Shown here: positions 49,079 through 59,677 of the stretch, piece by piece
How the letters are laid out: the number at the start of each line of letters is the position of its first letter
Numbering within the stretch: the stretch's first letter is position 1
From: an uncultured Planctomycetota bacterium
Lineage (GTDB): Bacteria; Planctomycetota; Planctomycetia; Isosphaerales; Isosphaeraceae
Reading direction: 5' to 3'
NCBI GenBank assembly: GCA_963737655.1
Contig: CAVTTN010000002.1
Span: 576,001 to 640,000, forward strand
Length of the DNA stretch: 64,000 nucleotides
The notes under the pieces: generated by a model
Told to the model about the DNA's origin: nothing
The model's database searches: none
What the model saw: only the letters and a program-made list of their open reading frames with translations
Translations under genes and position numbers: made by a program

Positions 49079-50005
49079 TCATGGCCCGGGTCGGTCGCTC
49101 GCCAGGGTCGCGAGCCGGAGGGCAAGCCGCGATCGGGCCTCGCGATCGAGCCGATCGAGCCGGCGGGCCTCGTTCAGGCCGATCCGGGCGAATCGGAGCG
49201 TGGTCCCCGGTCGGGCCTGGCCGAGGCGGTCCAGATCGGCCGAGATCACGTGGGCCACGACGGGATACCCGCCCATCGTCCCGCAGGCCGGGCCGAGGAG
49301 GATCGGCCTTCCTCCGGCGATCTGGACCGCGCCGAACCCCACCGGGGCCGACAGCCGGGACGGGTCGGCCCGGACCTCGATCCGGGGCCCTTCGAGCCTC
49401 AGACCCACCCGGTCGGACTCACTCTCGACGACGAAATCGCCCACTTCGAGGCTCCCGGAGACGACGGCCGAGGCATCCGGCCCCTCGACCACGCGAATCG
49501 GGCCGCCGCCCGGGTCGGGGACGACGACATCCCGAAGGCGACGGATCGGCGTCCCTCCCGGATTGGCCGGGAGGACGGTGCCGGGCGTCAGGGCGTCCTC
49601 GCTCGATCGGCTCCCCAGGATTGCTTCGCTCGTCCAGCCTCCCCGGACGGCCAGAAAGAGCCTCGCCCCCGAGGCCGAGCCGCCGATTTCGAGCCGATCC
49701 CCGGCGAGGAGGCCGATCGTCTGGGGAATTCGCAAGGGGATCGCCCGGCCGGCCGCGGTCTCGACCCTTGCGACCATCGGGGCCCCGGCCAGGGCGAGGG
49801 CCAGCGGGATCTCGGCAAGGAATCGGCCTCCCAGGAGGCAGAATTCGACGACCGCGGCCCCGGGGGGGTTGCCGATCAGGGCGTTCGCCACGGCCGCGGA
49901 GAGCCGATCGAAAACGCCCGAAGTGGGGACGCCCGAGTGCCGGAACCCCAGCCGGCCGAGGTCCTGGATCGTGGCCCTCGGGCCGATCGTCAGGATTCGG
50001 AGCAT
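49079..50005 (-). CDS. pxpC: 5-oxoprolinase subunit C (KipA/AHS2)
   Basis: TIQDLGR.G....GVP.SG..D, SDRVGLRL, GAVQ, TMGGYP. Confidence 0.88.
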   Translation of the reverse strand: MLRILTIGPRATIQDLGRLGFRHSGVPTSGVFDRLSAAVANALIGNPPGAAVVEFCLLGGRFLAEIPLALALAGAPMVARVETAAGRAIPLRIPQTIGLLAGDRLEIGGSASGARLFLAVRGGWTSEAILGSRSSEDALTPGTVLPANPGGTPIRRLRDVVVPDPGGGPIRVVEGPDASAVVSGSLEVGDFVVESESDRVGLRLEGPRIEVRADPSRLSAPVGFGAVQIAGGRPILLGPACGTMGGYPVVAHVISADLDRLGQARPGTTLRFARIGLNEARRLDRLDREARSRLALRLATLASDRPGP

Positions 50006-50709
50006 GGTTCGGCGAAGCTCCGGGGGGCGATCCCGAGCGTCCTGAGCGTGGAGAGGACGAGGTCCGCCAGGGCGACCGAATGGGGGTTGTCGCCGTGGAG
50101 GCAAATCGTCTCGATCCCCCGACTCACGAGCCGGGCGACCTGATCGGCGATCTCGGCCGGGTCGTCCAGGACGGCCCCGGGCTGGTCCCTCGGCACCAGC
50201 CGGCCGTCGGGCGAGTAGCGGCGATCGGCGAAGCCCTCGCCGACGAATCGGACCCCCTGGAGGGCGGCCTCGGCCTCGACGGCCCCTCCGGGGAGGCCAA
50301 GGACCGGCAAACCCAGCTCTTTCGCCGCCTCCACGACGGCTCTCGCCACGTCTGGATCGCGCTGGGCCCGGTTGTAGAGGGCGCCGTGGGGCTTCAGGAA
50401 CGCGATTTCCACGCCCTGCGGCTCGGCGATCGTCTTTATATGACCGACCGAGGCGACGATCAGCCCCCGGACGTCCGGCTCGTCGCGGTCTCGGCGTCCG
50501 AACCCTTCGCGGTCGGGATAGCCGGGATGGGCGCCGACGGCCACCCGTCGGGCCTTCGCTTCTTGCAACGAGGCGGCGATGGTGTCATCGTCGCCGGCGT
50601 AGCCTCCGCAGCAGAGGCTCGCCGAGGTCACCCGGGCGAGCAACGGGACGTCCCAGGGGCAGCCTTCGCCGAGGTCGGCGTTGAGGTCGATCGAGGCGGA
50701 GGCGGGCAT
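49990..50709 (-). CDS. pxpA: 5-oxoprolinase subunit A (LamB/YcsF)
   Basis: IDLNADLGEG, GAHPGYPDREGFGRR, KPHGALYN, FADRRY, TICLHGD. Confidence 0.93.
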   Translation of the reverse strand: MPASASIDLNADLGEGCPWDVPLLARVTSASLCCGGYAGDDDTIAASLQEAKARRVAVGAHPGYPDREGFGRRDRDEPDVRGLIVASVGHIKTIAEPQGVEIAFLKPHGALYNRAQRDPDVARAVVEAAKELGLPVLGLPGGAVEAEAALQGVRFVGEGFADRRYSPDGRLVPRDQPGAVLDDPAEIADQVARLVSRGIETICLHGDNPHSVALADLVLSTLRTLGIAPRSFAEPCSES

Positions 50710-50712
50710 CGG

Positions 50713-51995
50713 TCAGTCCTCGCCTTCGAGTTCCAAAACGCCGTCTTCCACCATCCGCCGGGCCTGGTCTTCCAGCTTCCCCCGGATCGCGTCGAGGTTC
50801 GCCGGGAGCGAGCCGGCGGAGATCTCGCGGAGGGTCCGGAGAGCGGCCGTCGGCTTCTGGCGGTCTCGGAGGAGGACCTGGGCGAGCTTCAGCTTCATCC
50901 GGGGGGCGGCGGAGGAGTCCGGGTACTTCCGGCAGAAATCCCTCATCAACGGGATCGACGCGGCCTCCGCCTTCCTCGCGTGACATTCCTTGATCAGCGC
51001 GAGGGCGTCGGATTCCGACGGCCAGTTGGGCAGGACGCGGGCCGATTTGTCGAAGGCCGAGACCGCTCCGTCGAAATCCTCGGACTCGATCAATCGGCGG
51101 ACCTTGGCGACGGCCTTCGCCGCGCGTTCCTCGTCGGTCGGGACCTCGGCGTCCGCCTCCGCCCGGCGGGCCCGCCGGGCGTCGTTCTTCTTCTGGCGGT
51201 CGAGCCGTTGTTCGCGGAGGGTCCAGTCCTTCGCGAGCCGCTTTCGCTGCTTCCAGAGCGACAGGACGTCCCACCCTTCGCAATCGACGAGGTTCGCCTT
51301 GAGCATGGCCCAGCCGATCGCCGCGCCCCCGACCGCCCCGGAGAGCTTCGCCACCTCGGCCACCACGTCGAGGCCGCCGATCCGGTGGGCCCCGGTGAAC
51401 CCGTGGATGGCGAGGAACAGCAACTGTTCGCCGATGTAAAAGGCCGCCACCGTCGTGTAAGGCAGCTCCAGTTGATGGACGGACACGCGGAACCCGAACA
51501 TGAAGATCCAGGTGCAGCTGAGCTCGTTCCTCGGGCCCAGACCATGCAGATCGCCAGCAGCCCAAACACGATGCTCGCCGCGCCGGACGACGTCCCCTCC
51601 AGCCCCGACCTCAGCAAGACGATCTGCGTGAGCGCCGAGCTCGCGACCCCGATGGCGAGGTAGATCAGGGAATACCGGAGCATCCCCAGCTTCCCCTCGA
51701 CCACGATCCCGAAGGCCCAGAGGAAGACCATGTTGCCGATCAGAGAGCCGATCCCCGGATGGACGAAGTTCGACGTGACCCACTGGAGGGGGTGCAACCC
51801 GTCGCCCAGGGTCAGCGCGTAGCGGTCGAACGTCGAGCCCGCCGAGGGCTCGTCCAGGTCCTCCTCGGCGGAGCTCCGGGCACGGTCGGCCCAGAGGATG
51901 CCGAAGAAGCACGCCAGGTTCAGGACGATCAGGGCCACGGTGGCCTTGGGCCAGTGGTAGAGCGGAGCATCGGTCCCGGTCGGGATGATGAGCAT
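50713..51995 (-). CDS. Rhomboid-family intramembrane protease with C-terminal TPR-like region; frameshift near 51535
   Basis: WVTSNFVH...GNMVFLWAFGIVVE, SSGAAS; catalytic motifs look degenerate. Confidence 0.75.
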
Positions 51996-52165
51996 CCGAC
52001 GTTCCTCCTCGCCGATCGATGTCCTCTCGGGCCAGCCGCCTACTATACTGGCCTTCGCGGTCCCCGATCAGGGGATTCGGGGAGATCGGGGCGAGATTTC
52101 GTCGTCAGGAACCGCATCCTTGTCCCCACTCCCCGGCCGGGGACGAGATTTGCTGCCGCTCGATC

Positions 52166-52828
52166 TCACCGAGCCTCTCGCAGGAGCCCGCCGAGAAGGC
52201 GTTCGAAATCGTCGCGGCCGATCGGCTCGAACCGAAGACGGTCCCCGGATCGGATCGGGAAGAGGCCGAGGCGGAGGTCGGCGATTTGCAGGGGGGTCCG
52301 GCCGAGGAGGTGCCATCCTCCGGGGGAATTTCTGGGATAAATGCCCGTCTGCCGGCCCGCGATCGCCACCGAGCCCGCGGGCACCCTCGGCCGCGGGGAC
52401 TCCCGGCGAGCGAGCCCCTGCAGTTCCGGGGGGAGGTCGCCGGCATAGGGAAAACCGGGCTGGAACCCCACCGCCATCACGTCGTAATCCTTCGAGGCGT
52501 GGAGCGCGATCAGGCGATCCACGCTCATCCCCAATCGGCCGGCGATCTCGGCGAGGTCGTCGCCGTCGTAGAGGACGGGAATTCGATGGAGAGTGCCCGC
52601 GGAGACCTCGGCGGCCGTCGGCTCGACCCCTCGCAGGCGTCCACCGATCCCCTCAACGTCGTCGGCGTCGGGTTCGAGGAACACGCCCACGGATCGGTAG
52701 GCGAGGACGTGCTCAAGAACTCCCGGGACGGGGTGCGCCCGGAGCCCCGAGGCCCAGGCTCGGGCGAGGGCCTCGGTCTCGAACCGGGCGAGGAACGCGC
52801 GATCTCCGAGGGGGGCGAGGTCGATCAT
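52166..52828 (-). CDS. pxpB: 5-oxoprolinase subunit B (KipI/AHS1)
   Basis: PLGDRA, IPVLYDG.DL, GFQPGFPY, AGSVAIAGRQTGIYP..SPGGW..LGRT. Confidence 0.92.
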   Translation of the reverse strand: MIDLAPLGDRAFLARFETEALARAWASGLRAHPVPGVLEHVLAYRSVGVFLEPDADDVEGIGGRLRGVEPTAAEVSAGTLHRIPVLYDGDDLAEIAGRLGMSVDRLIALHASKDYDVMAVGFQPGFPYAGDLPPELQGLARRESPRPRVPAGSVAIAGRQTGIYPRNSPGGWHLLGRTPLQIADLRLGLFPIRSGDRLRFEPIGRDDFERLLGGLLREAR

Positions 52829-53415
52829 CCGTCGCTCGGAGACGGCCACCAGGGCGGGGGGGCGTCGAAGTATCGGGGATCGTCCAGGCCGAAGGCGTCG
52901 GCCACCCGGTTGAAGAAGGCGAAGAGGGCCGTGATGTAGACGGCCTCGGCGATCTGAGGGTCGGTCCAGCCGACGTCTCGGAGGGTCTCGACGTCCTCAT
53001 CGGTGGTCTTGTAGGCGTGTTTCGTGACTTTCTCGGCGAACCGCAACAGGGCGCGCTCGGGCTCGGTGATCGGGGCCGCTTCGATATCGGCGGCCGCGAG
53101 GCACTTGTGGACCTCGGCGATGGGTTCCTGCAACTGCAGGAAGAAGGCATGCGCCCCGGTTCAGTAAGGGCACCGATTCAGGGCCGAGACCAACGTGGCG
53201 ATCATTTCCTTCTGGCGGTACGCGAGATGCCCGTCACCAAAGTGGACGCGGTCGGACATGGCGACGACGTCCCGGAAGAAATCGGGGCGAAGGCTGAAGC
53301 ACTTGAGGATGCCGGGGACTTCCGGTCGGCCGGGGTTGGCGGCGAGCCACTCGCGGTAGGCGAGCGCGGCGTCTCCCGAGGCATCGTCCTCGCGGACCCA
53401 GCGAATCCTGGCCAT
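52825..53415 (-). CDS. AhpD/CMD-like peroxidase-related probable selenoprotein (CPYU, UGA at 53161-53163)
   Basis: Two ORFs in the same frame separated only by TGA: KEMIATLVSALNRC-P-Y-*-TGAH...ERALLRFAEKVT...FAFFNRVADAFG. Confidence 0.85.
53116..53155 (-). promoter_or_regulatory. Bacterial SECIS-like stem-loop just 3' of the UGA
   Basis: mRNA UUCCUGC-AGUU-GCAGGAA apical hairpin, loop 25 nt after UGA, with lower stem GGCG(C)AUG/CAUCGCC. Confidence 0.65.
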
Positions 53416-53494
53416 CGCCGTCCCCCTCGCTTTACAATGACCGATTGAGGCCGATCGGCCCCGATCCTATCGCGAACCGAGCCGGAGGGGAATC

Positions 53495-54652
53495 ATGGTC
53501 TTCCTGACGCTCGCCCTGGTCCTCGGAGCCGGCCCCGGCACCGAACCGGCGGCCGACTCCGTGACTCTTCGAGACGGCTCGACCGTCCTGGGCCAGTTGA
53601 TCGAGCCGTCGCCCCGGGGGAAGGTCAACCTGGTGGTCCGCCGCTCCTGGGCGGAGAAAGCCCTTCCCGCGAAGCTCAAGGCATGGGAGGCCGCCGAGAC
53701 GCCCACGACCCGCCGGGCCGTGATGGAGAGGCTGCGGCGGCTCGAAGCCTGGTCGCGAGACCGCGCGGCCTCGCCGATCGCCGAGGACGAGATCGCCCGA
53801 TGGCTCCCCGAGGAGATCCGCCGGGTCAAGGACTCGCAAGAGAAGCCGCCGTTGATGGTCGTGAGCCTCAATCGGGCGGACGTCCGCCACATGACCCGTC
53901 GCCCGGCCGACGTGGCGAGGATGCTCCGCCAGGGCTGGCGGGCGAAGTTCGACGACGCCGAGACCAAGCCTCTCGAAGCGCTCAAGAGCGCCCTGGAAGG
54001 CCGCGGGTTCGCCCTGACCGACGTCGATCCCGCCCCCATCGACGCGATGCTGCCGATCCCGATCGAGACCGAGCCCCACTGGCGGGCCAGGCGAGCGGCC
54101 ACCGAGGTCGCCCACGAGCCGGGCCTGAAGTTCCTGAGGACTCGCGGCCTCCTCCTGCCCGAATCGGCCAACGGCGGGGGCATCGACGGCGCGGCCCTGG
54201 GCAAGATCATGAACAACCTGCTCAACGACGGGCCGGCCGAAGATCCTCTGTCCGAGAAAGGGCGGGAGATCGCCGCTCGGGGCCGGGTCGGGATGCTCGT
54301 CACCCGGCTCGACACGGCCGAGGACCTCTCCGGGGTCTCGGTGAACATCACCCTGTACGCCCGGATCTCGGCCGACCGCTGGGAGCCCGCCGCCAGCCGG
54401 AGCGTCCAGGTGAAGGCGGATGAAGCCGCCCTGGCCGATGCGGGCAACATCGCCGCCGACCCCCAGGTCTCGGCCGTGTTCAAGACCGTCGAAGGGCTCG
54501 GGCTGGCCGTCCCCGATTCGTTGAAGCAGAAGAGCCTGGCGGTGGGATCGGCCACGCAAAAGGCCCTCGGAGGCGCGAGGACCGCCATCCAGCCGGACCT
54601 GGACTCGCTGGAGATCTCGCTGGCGGAACCCGTCCGCCGCGACCCGAAATGA
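53495..54652 (+). CDS. Secreted hypothetical protein
   Basis: Signal peptide, DSVTLRDGS.VLG motif, long ORF with good codon usage. Confidence 0.8.
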   Translation: MVFLTLALVLGAGPGTEPAADSVTLRDGSTVLGQLIEPSPRGKVNLVVRRSWAEKALPAKLKAWEAAETPTTRRAVMERLRRLEAWSRDRAASPIAEDEIARWLPEEIRRVKDSQEKPPLMVVSLNRADVRHMTRRPADVARMLRQGWRAKFDDAETKPLEALKSALEGRGFALTDVDPAPIDAMLPIPIETEPHWRARRAATEVAHEPGLKFLRTRGLLLPESANGGGIDGAALGKIMNNLLNDGPAEDPLSEKGREIAARGRVGMLVTRLDTAEDLSGVSVNITLYARISADRWEPAASRSVQVKADEAALADAGNIAADPQVSAVFKTVEGLGLAVPDSLKQKSLAVGSATQKALGGARTAIQPDLDSLEISLAEPVRRDPK

Positions 54653-54659
54653 GCTCGAG

Positions 54660-56237
54660 CTACGGAGCGGACGCCCGATCGAGCCGGTATTCGCGGAGGT
54701 CCAGGCCCGGGAACGAGACGAACCGCGTGGACGGCCGATACGCGCCGATCCTCTCGGGAAACGGATGCTCCCGGCGCCCGTTGCGAAGGCCGGTCGCCGC
54801 CCAGACGCGGTCGGGGACGCCCGGAGCGTCGGCCCGGTCGGCGACCTGGGAAAGACGATCGAGAACCGAAACATTCGGCGAGAGGTAATACGAGGCAGTG
54901 ATCGCTTCCAGGTTCCGGACCCCCTCGGAAGGGAGCACCAGGACCGTCTCTCCGGGCCGAAGCCAGGCCGAGGCGCCTCGCCAGTCGGCCTTGGGATGAG
55001 TTTCCAGGGCATCGCGGACGCTCGTGACGATCATCAAGGCCGAGAGGCCCGAAACCAGGCCCCATCGCGGCCATTTCGACAAGCGAGCCAGGCCCGCCGC
55101 CAGCAGGATCAGGTAAGCCGGCGCCGTGAAGATCGTGTAGCGGCTCGGCCCAAAAATCGGCTGGCGGAGCGAGGCATAGCCGAAGAGGAGCAGGGGGGCC
55201 GTCGCCAGCCAGAGGAGCAACAGGAGCGAGGCCGACCGATCAACACCCTCCCCCCCGCTTCGGGGGAGAAAGGGCCTTGCGAGGAACTCCCGCCATCGTC
55301 GGCCGATCATGCCGAATCCGATCAGCCCGAGACACCCCGCCAGGACGATCGAATTGCCCCCGGTAAAGGCAATCGGCATCCCAATCAAGTATTTGAGCTT
55401 CAGGAACTCCCGGCCGACCACGTACTCGGGCTCATGGTCGAAGAACCGGCCGATCCAGGGGCCGACCGCAACGACCAAAACCACCAGCACGCCCAACCAC
55501 CCCCGCCACCGCGCCCGGAACCCTCGAACATCGAGGAGGACGGCCATCCCCATCGCCGGGAGCATCAGCAGGGCCAGGGGATGGCAGGCGATCATCGCGA
55601 CCAGGACCACGGCGAGCGCCGACCAGTCCCCCAGGCCTCCCTCATCCCGAGCCTTCCGCAAGAGCAACCATCCGACCGTGGTCAGGAGGACGAGGAGGGC
55701 GTACATCCTCGTCTCTCGCGAGTAGATCACCAGCAACGGCGAGATCGCCACCAGCCAGCTCGCCAGGAGGGCCGTCCGGCGGTCGAACAGGCGGCGGCCC
55801 AACGCATAGACGGCTCCCACCGTCAGCACGCCTGCCAGGGCGCTCAGCAACCTCGCCGAGAACTCCGACGGGCCGAACAGTCGGACCCACCCTTGAAGGA
55901 TCAACGGATGAAGAGGCGCCCGGGAGGCGTCAATCTCGGACATCAGGCGGAGCAAGGCCGACGGGTTGGCGGTCCGGGCCAGTCGGATCGTGACGACCTC
56001 GTCGTACCAGAAGCTCCCTCGCCCGAGCCGAACGAGCCGGAGGGCCGCGGCGACCGCCACGATCCCGAGGAGCCGCAGGCGATCGGCCCCATTGTGAGGT
56101 TGAGCCTCGCCGGGGGTCTCGCTATCCTGAGAGGCCCGGGGGCTGTCCCCCTCGGCGGCCTTCGACGACGATGAGAACAGGGGCGATCCGATGGGTCTTT
56201 TCTCGGGCAAGACGGGCTTGGTCCTCGGGGTCGCCAA
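54660..56237 (-). CDS. GT-C (family 39/PMT-like) membrane glycosyltransferase; true start probably downstream of 56190
   Basis: SFWYDE, PLHPL, SEFSARLLS, YSRETRMYAL; multiple TM helices. Confidence 0.85.
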   Translation of the reverse strand: MATPRTKPVLPEKRPIGSPLFSSSSKAAEGDSPRASQDSETPGEAQPHNGADRLRLLGIVAVAAALRLVRLGRGSFWYDEVVTIRLARTANPSALLRLMSEIDASRAPLHPLILQGWVRLFGPSEFSARLLSALAGVLTVGAVYALGRRLFDRRTALLASWLVAISPLLVIYSRETRMYALLVLLTTVGWLLLRKARDEGGLGDWSALAVVLVAMIACHPLALLMLPAMGMAVLLDVRGFRARWRGWLGVLVVLVVAVGPWIGRFFDHEPEYVVGREFLKLKYLIGMPIAFTGGNSIVLAGCLGLIGFGMIGRRWREFLARPFLPRSGGEGVDRSASLLLLLWLATAPLLLFGYASLRQPIFGPSRYTIFTAPAYLILLAAGLARLSKWPRWGLVSGLSALMIVTSVRDALETHPKADWRGASAWLRPGETVLVLPSEGVRNLEAITASYYLSPNVSVLDRLSQVADRADAPGVPDRVWAATGLRNGRREHPFPERIGAYRPSTRFVSFPGLDLREYRLDRASAP

Positions 56238-56997
56238 CGACTATAGCATCGCCTGGGCCATCAGCCAGAAGATCCTGGCCGAAGGCGGGGAGATCGGCTT
56301 CACCCACCTCCCCGGCGAGAAGATGGAGAGGCGCGTCCGGCGGACCGTCCCGGCCGAGTCGAAGCTCATCACCCCGTGCGACGTCTCGAAGGACGAGGAG
56401 GTCGCGCGGGTCTTCGCCGAGGCGAAATCGACCTACGGCAAGCTCGACTTTGTCCTCCACTCGATCGCCTTCGCCCCGATTGAGGACCTCCGCAACCCGT
56501 TCGTGAAGACCAGCCGCGAGGGGTTCAAGCTGGCGATGGACATCTCGGTTTTCTCCCTGGCGATCGTCGCCCGCCACGCGGCGGAGGTCATGCCCGACGG
56601 CGGCTCGATCGCCACGATGACGTATTATGGCGGCGAGAAGGTGGTCTCGGGCTACAACCTGATGGGCGTCTGCAAGGCGGCCCTCGACTCGGCGGTCAAG
56701 TACCTCGCCTACGACCTCGGGCCTCAGAAGATCCGAGTGAACGGCCTCTCCGCGGGCCCGGTCAAGACGCTGGCGGCCTCGGCGGTCGGCGATTCGGACA
56801 AGCTCGCCGGGCTTTATGAAGCCGTCTCGCCCATGCAGAGGAACGTGATGAGGGAGGAAGTCGGCTCGGCCGGGATGTTCCTCCTGTCGGACCTGGCCAG
56901 CGGGATCACGGGAGAGATCCTCCACGTCGATTGCGGATACAACGCGATGGGGTCGCCGGGCCGGGCGATCGAGGCGGCGAAAGAGGGGAAGGTTTGA
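56191..56997 (+). CDS. fabI: Enoyl-ACP reductase
   Basis: GVANDYSIAW, HSIAFA, YNLMGVCKAAL, SAGPVKTLAA. Confidence 0.95.
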   Translation: MGLFSGKTGLVLGVANDYSIAWAISQKILAEGGEIGFTHLPGEKMERRVRRTVPAESKLITPCDVSKDEEVARVFAEAKSTYGKLDFVLHSIAFAPIEDLRNPFVKTSREGFKLAMDISVFSLAIVARHAAEVMPDGGSIATMTYYGGEKVVSGYNLMGVCKAALDSAVKYLAYDLGPQKIRVNGLSAGPVKTLAASAVGDSDKLAGLYEAVSPMQRNVMREEVGSAGMFLLSDLASGITGEILHVDCGYNAMGSPGRAIEAAKEGKV

Positions 56998-57010
56998 GGC
57001 GGCGTCTTTC

Positions 57011-57421
57011 ATGACTCGCGTCGGCATCGGGTTGATCCGTCGGGGGGATCGCTTCTTGATCCGCCGCCGGCCTTCGTTGCCGGGGTCGCCGATGCCGGGG
57101 CTCTGGGAGTTTCCCGGGGGGAAGTGCGAGGCCGGGGAATCGCCCGAATCGGCCGTGGTCCGCGAGTGTCGGGAGGAGACGGGCCTGGCCGTCTCCCCGA
57201 AATCGCTCCGCCGGAGGGTCGAGCACGTCTATCCCCACGGGCACGTCGAGCTTTATTATTTCGACTGCGAGCCCGACGATCCGGCGATCGAGCCGGACCC
57301 TTCCGGCGGGTTCGCGTGGGTCGCGGCCTCGGAGCTTCCCGGCCTGGCCTTTCCCGAGGCCAACGGGCCGGTCCTCCGAGAGCTGGCCGAGGCGTTCGGT
57401 CGCGGTTCGTCGGGAAAATAA
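57011..57421 (+). CDS. NUDIX hydrolase, MutT-like
   Basis: WEFPGGKCEAGESPESAVVRECREETG; FPEAN. Confidence 0.88.
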   Translation: MTRVGIGLIRRGDRFLIRRRPSLPGSPMPGLWEFPGGKCEAGESPESAVVRECREETGLAVSPKSLRRRVEHVYPHGHVELYYFDCEPDDPAIEPDPSGGFAWVAASELPGLAFPEANGPVLRELAEAFGRGSSGK

Positions 57422-57430
57422 GGGGGCGGC

Positions 57431-58069
57431 ATGAGCGCGCCGGTTCGGATGGCCCTGGCGCTCGGCCCATTGGCGGCGTATTTCTTCGTCCTGGGCGTCT
57501 GGCAATCGGGCCGGCGACCCCGGGTCGTCTCGGGGTCGCTCGACTTCGCGCTCCTTTCGGCCGGGCTGGGCTGCCTCGTCGCATTCGGCCCGGTGGGGGA
57601 GTGGGCGGTCGGCCTGGCGTTCCGCGGTCCGAGCCTCTGGGCATGGCTGGCGATGGCGTCGCTGGTGATCCTGGCCACGCTGATCGGCCTGCCCCGCGCG
57701 TCCCGGAGGCTGGTGGTCTATCACGTCCGGGCCGAGGACCTCGAACGGGCCGTCGGCCAGGCGATGGAGGGGATCTCGGGGCCGGTCGAGCGGACGCTCC
57801 ACGGCTTCGAGGCCCGCGGCGAAGGCCGAGGGGTGACGGTCGAGGCCCGGCTGCGCTCCGGGGTCGTGGAGGGGCACGGGGTCCGGCCCGAGGCGCTCAT
57901 CGCCTCGCTTCTCCGCGAGCTGCCCGCGCGATTGGGCAAGGCCTCTCCGCCGGCGACCTCGCTCGGGGCCGTCCTGTTCGCCCTGGCCACGGTCACGATG
58001 GGCCTCGGCCTGATCCTGGGCCGGTGGCCCCAGTACCGCGCCATCCTGGAGAGGATCGTGGGCCGGTGA
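57431..58069 (+). CDS. Membrane hypothetical protein
   Basis: Several TM helices; co-oriented in operon. Confidence 0.75.
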   Translation: MSAPVRMALALGPLAAYFFVLGVWQSGRRPRVVSGSLDFALLSAGLGCLVAFGPVGEWAVGLAFRGPSLWAWLAMASLVILATLIGLPRASRRLVVYHVRAEDLERAVGQAMEGISGPVERTLHGFEARGEGRGVTVEARLRSGVVEGHGVRPEALIASLLRELPARLGKASPPATSLGAVLFALATVTMGLGLILGRWPQYRAILERIVGR

Positions 58070-58127
58070 TCTCGATGAAGACCGATCGCCAGGAGCGCCT
58101 CGGGCGCTCCTGGCGGCCCTTCGGCGA

Positions 58128-58736
58128 TCAGGGCGAAGCGGGGGCGGGCAGCTTCAACTCGCGGTCCAGGACGTTGTCCACGAGGCCGTAATCCCGGGCC
58201 TCCTCGGGGGACATGAAGCGGTCGCGGTCGGTGTCCTCCTCGAGCTTCTCGAGGGACTGGCCGGTGTGCTTGCGGTAGATCTCGTTGAGCTGCCGCTTCA
58301 TCCGCAGGAATTCCTCGGCGTGGATGGCGATGTCGGTGGCGGTGCCTTCCATCCCGGCGAGGGGCTGGTGGATCATGATCCGGCCGTGGGGCAGGGCGTT
58401 CCTCTTCCCCTTCGCCCCGGCGGCGAGGAGGAGCGAACCCATGCTCGCGCACTGGCCGATGCAATACGTGGCGACGTCGCAGGGGACGTACTGCATGGTG
58501 TCATAGATGGCCATCCCGGCGGTCACGCTGCCGCCCGGGCTGTTGATGTAGAGGTGGATGTCGGCCTTGTCGTCCTGGTGGGCGAGGACCAGCATCTGGG
58601 CGACGATCACGTTGGAGACGGCGTCGTCGATAGCCGAGCCGAGGATGATGATCCGGTCCTGGAGCAGGCGGGAATAGATATCCATCGCCCGCTCTTCGCG
58701 GCCGCTCTTCTCGACGACGATCGGGATCAGGGGCAT
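58128..58736 (-). CDS. clpP: ATP-dependent Clp protease proteolytic subunit
   Basis: [34 protein letters not shown]. Confidence 0.96.
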   Translation of the reverse strand: MPLIPIVVEKSGREERAMDIYSRLLQDRIIILGSAIDDAVSNVIVAQMLVLAHQDDKADIHLYINSPGGSVTAGMAIYDTMQYVPCDVATYCIGQCASMGSLLLAAGAKGKRNALPHGRIMIHQPLAGMEGTATDIAIHAEEFLRMKRQLNEIYRKHTGQSLEKLEEDTDRDRFMSPEEARDYGLVDNVLDRELKLPAPASP

Positions 58737-58806
58737 GGAAGTCCTCCGAAGGGGCGGGGCCGCGTTCAGATCGTGTCGAAAGCCTGGCGGGTTGCGCCGC
58801 CCTACG

Positions 58807-59442
58807 TTACGCCGACGGCTCGCCCTTCTTGGACTCGGCCGAGGGGATGTGGCCGACGACTTCATCGACGAGGCCGTATTCCTTGGCCTGGAGGGCGGTC
58901 AAGTAGCGGTCGCGCTCGGTGTCCTTGGCCACTCGCTCGATCGGCTGGCCGGTGTGCTTGGCGAGGATCTCGTTGATCACGTGGCGGCTCTTGATGATCT
59001 CCTCGGCCTGGATCTCGATGTCCGAGACCTGGCCGCCGACCTGCCCGTAGGGCTGGTGGATCATGACCTTGGAGTGGGGCAGGGAGTAGCGCCGTCCCTT
59101 CGCCCCTCCGGCCAGGAGGACCGCCGCCCCGGAGGCCGCCATGCCGATGCAGTAGGTGGAGATCTGGCAGTCGATGAACTGCATGGTGTCGTACAGGGCC
59201 AGCGTGGCCGAGACGCTGCCACCGGGGCTGTTGATGTAGAAGCTGATCCCCTGCGAGCGATTCTCGTACTGGAGGAACAGCAGCTTCATGACCGCCTCGC
59301 TCGCCGAGGCGTCGGAAATCGGGCCCAGGAGGAAGATGATCCGGTTCTCCAGGAGGAGGTCGCCGAGGGTCATCTGCCGTTGCCGGGCGTAGTCGCGATA
59401 GCGCTGGAGCCGAGGCTCGGAGATCGGATGGTCGAAGGTCAT
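58807..59442 (-). CDS. clpP: ATP-dependent Clp protease proteolytic subunit (second paralog)
   Basis: [27 protein letters not shown]. Confidence 0.95.
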   Translation of the reverse strand: MTFDHPISEPRLQRYRDYARQRQMTLGDLLLENRIIFLLGPISDASASEAVMKLLFLQYENRSQGISFYINSPGGSVSATLALYDTMQFIDCQISTYCIGMAASGAAVLLAGGAKGRRYSLPHSKVMIHQPYGQVGGQVSDIEIQAEEIIKSRHVINEILAKHTGQPIERVAKDTERDRYLTALQAKEYGLVDEVVGHIPSAESKKGEPSA

Positions 59443-59677
59443 CGGTCGGTCCTCTGCTCGCTCGGACGCGCCGCCCGGCCTCCGGGGTTGGCCGCCGGGC
59501 GCGATCATTATAGGACGGAGGGGGCCGCCGGGCGAGATCTCCGGCCGGGCCGCGTCCCCGGGGGAGGGGCCGTCGCAAGACACGGCCGGGTGGCTCGGGT
59601 TCCGTCGTCGGAATCCGTGCCACCCGGAGGGCATTCCAGAAGGGCCGGGGCCCCCGGGGCCGACGGCTGGCGGGCTC

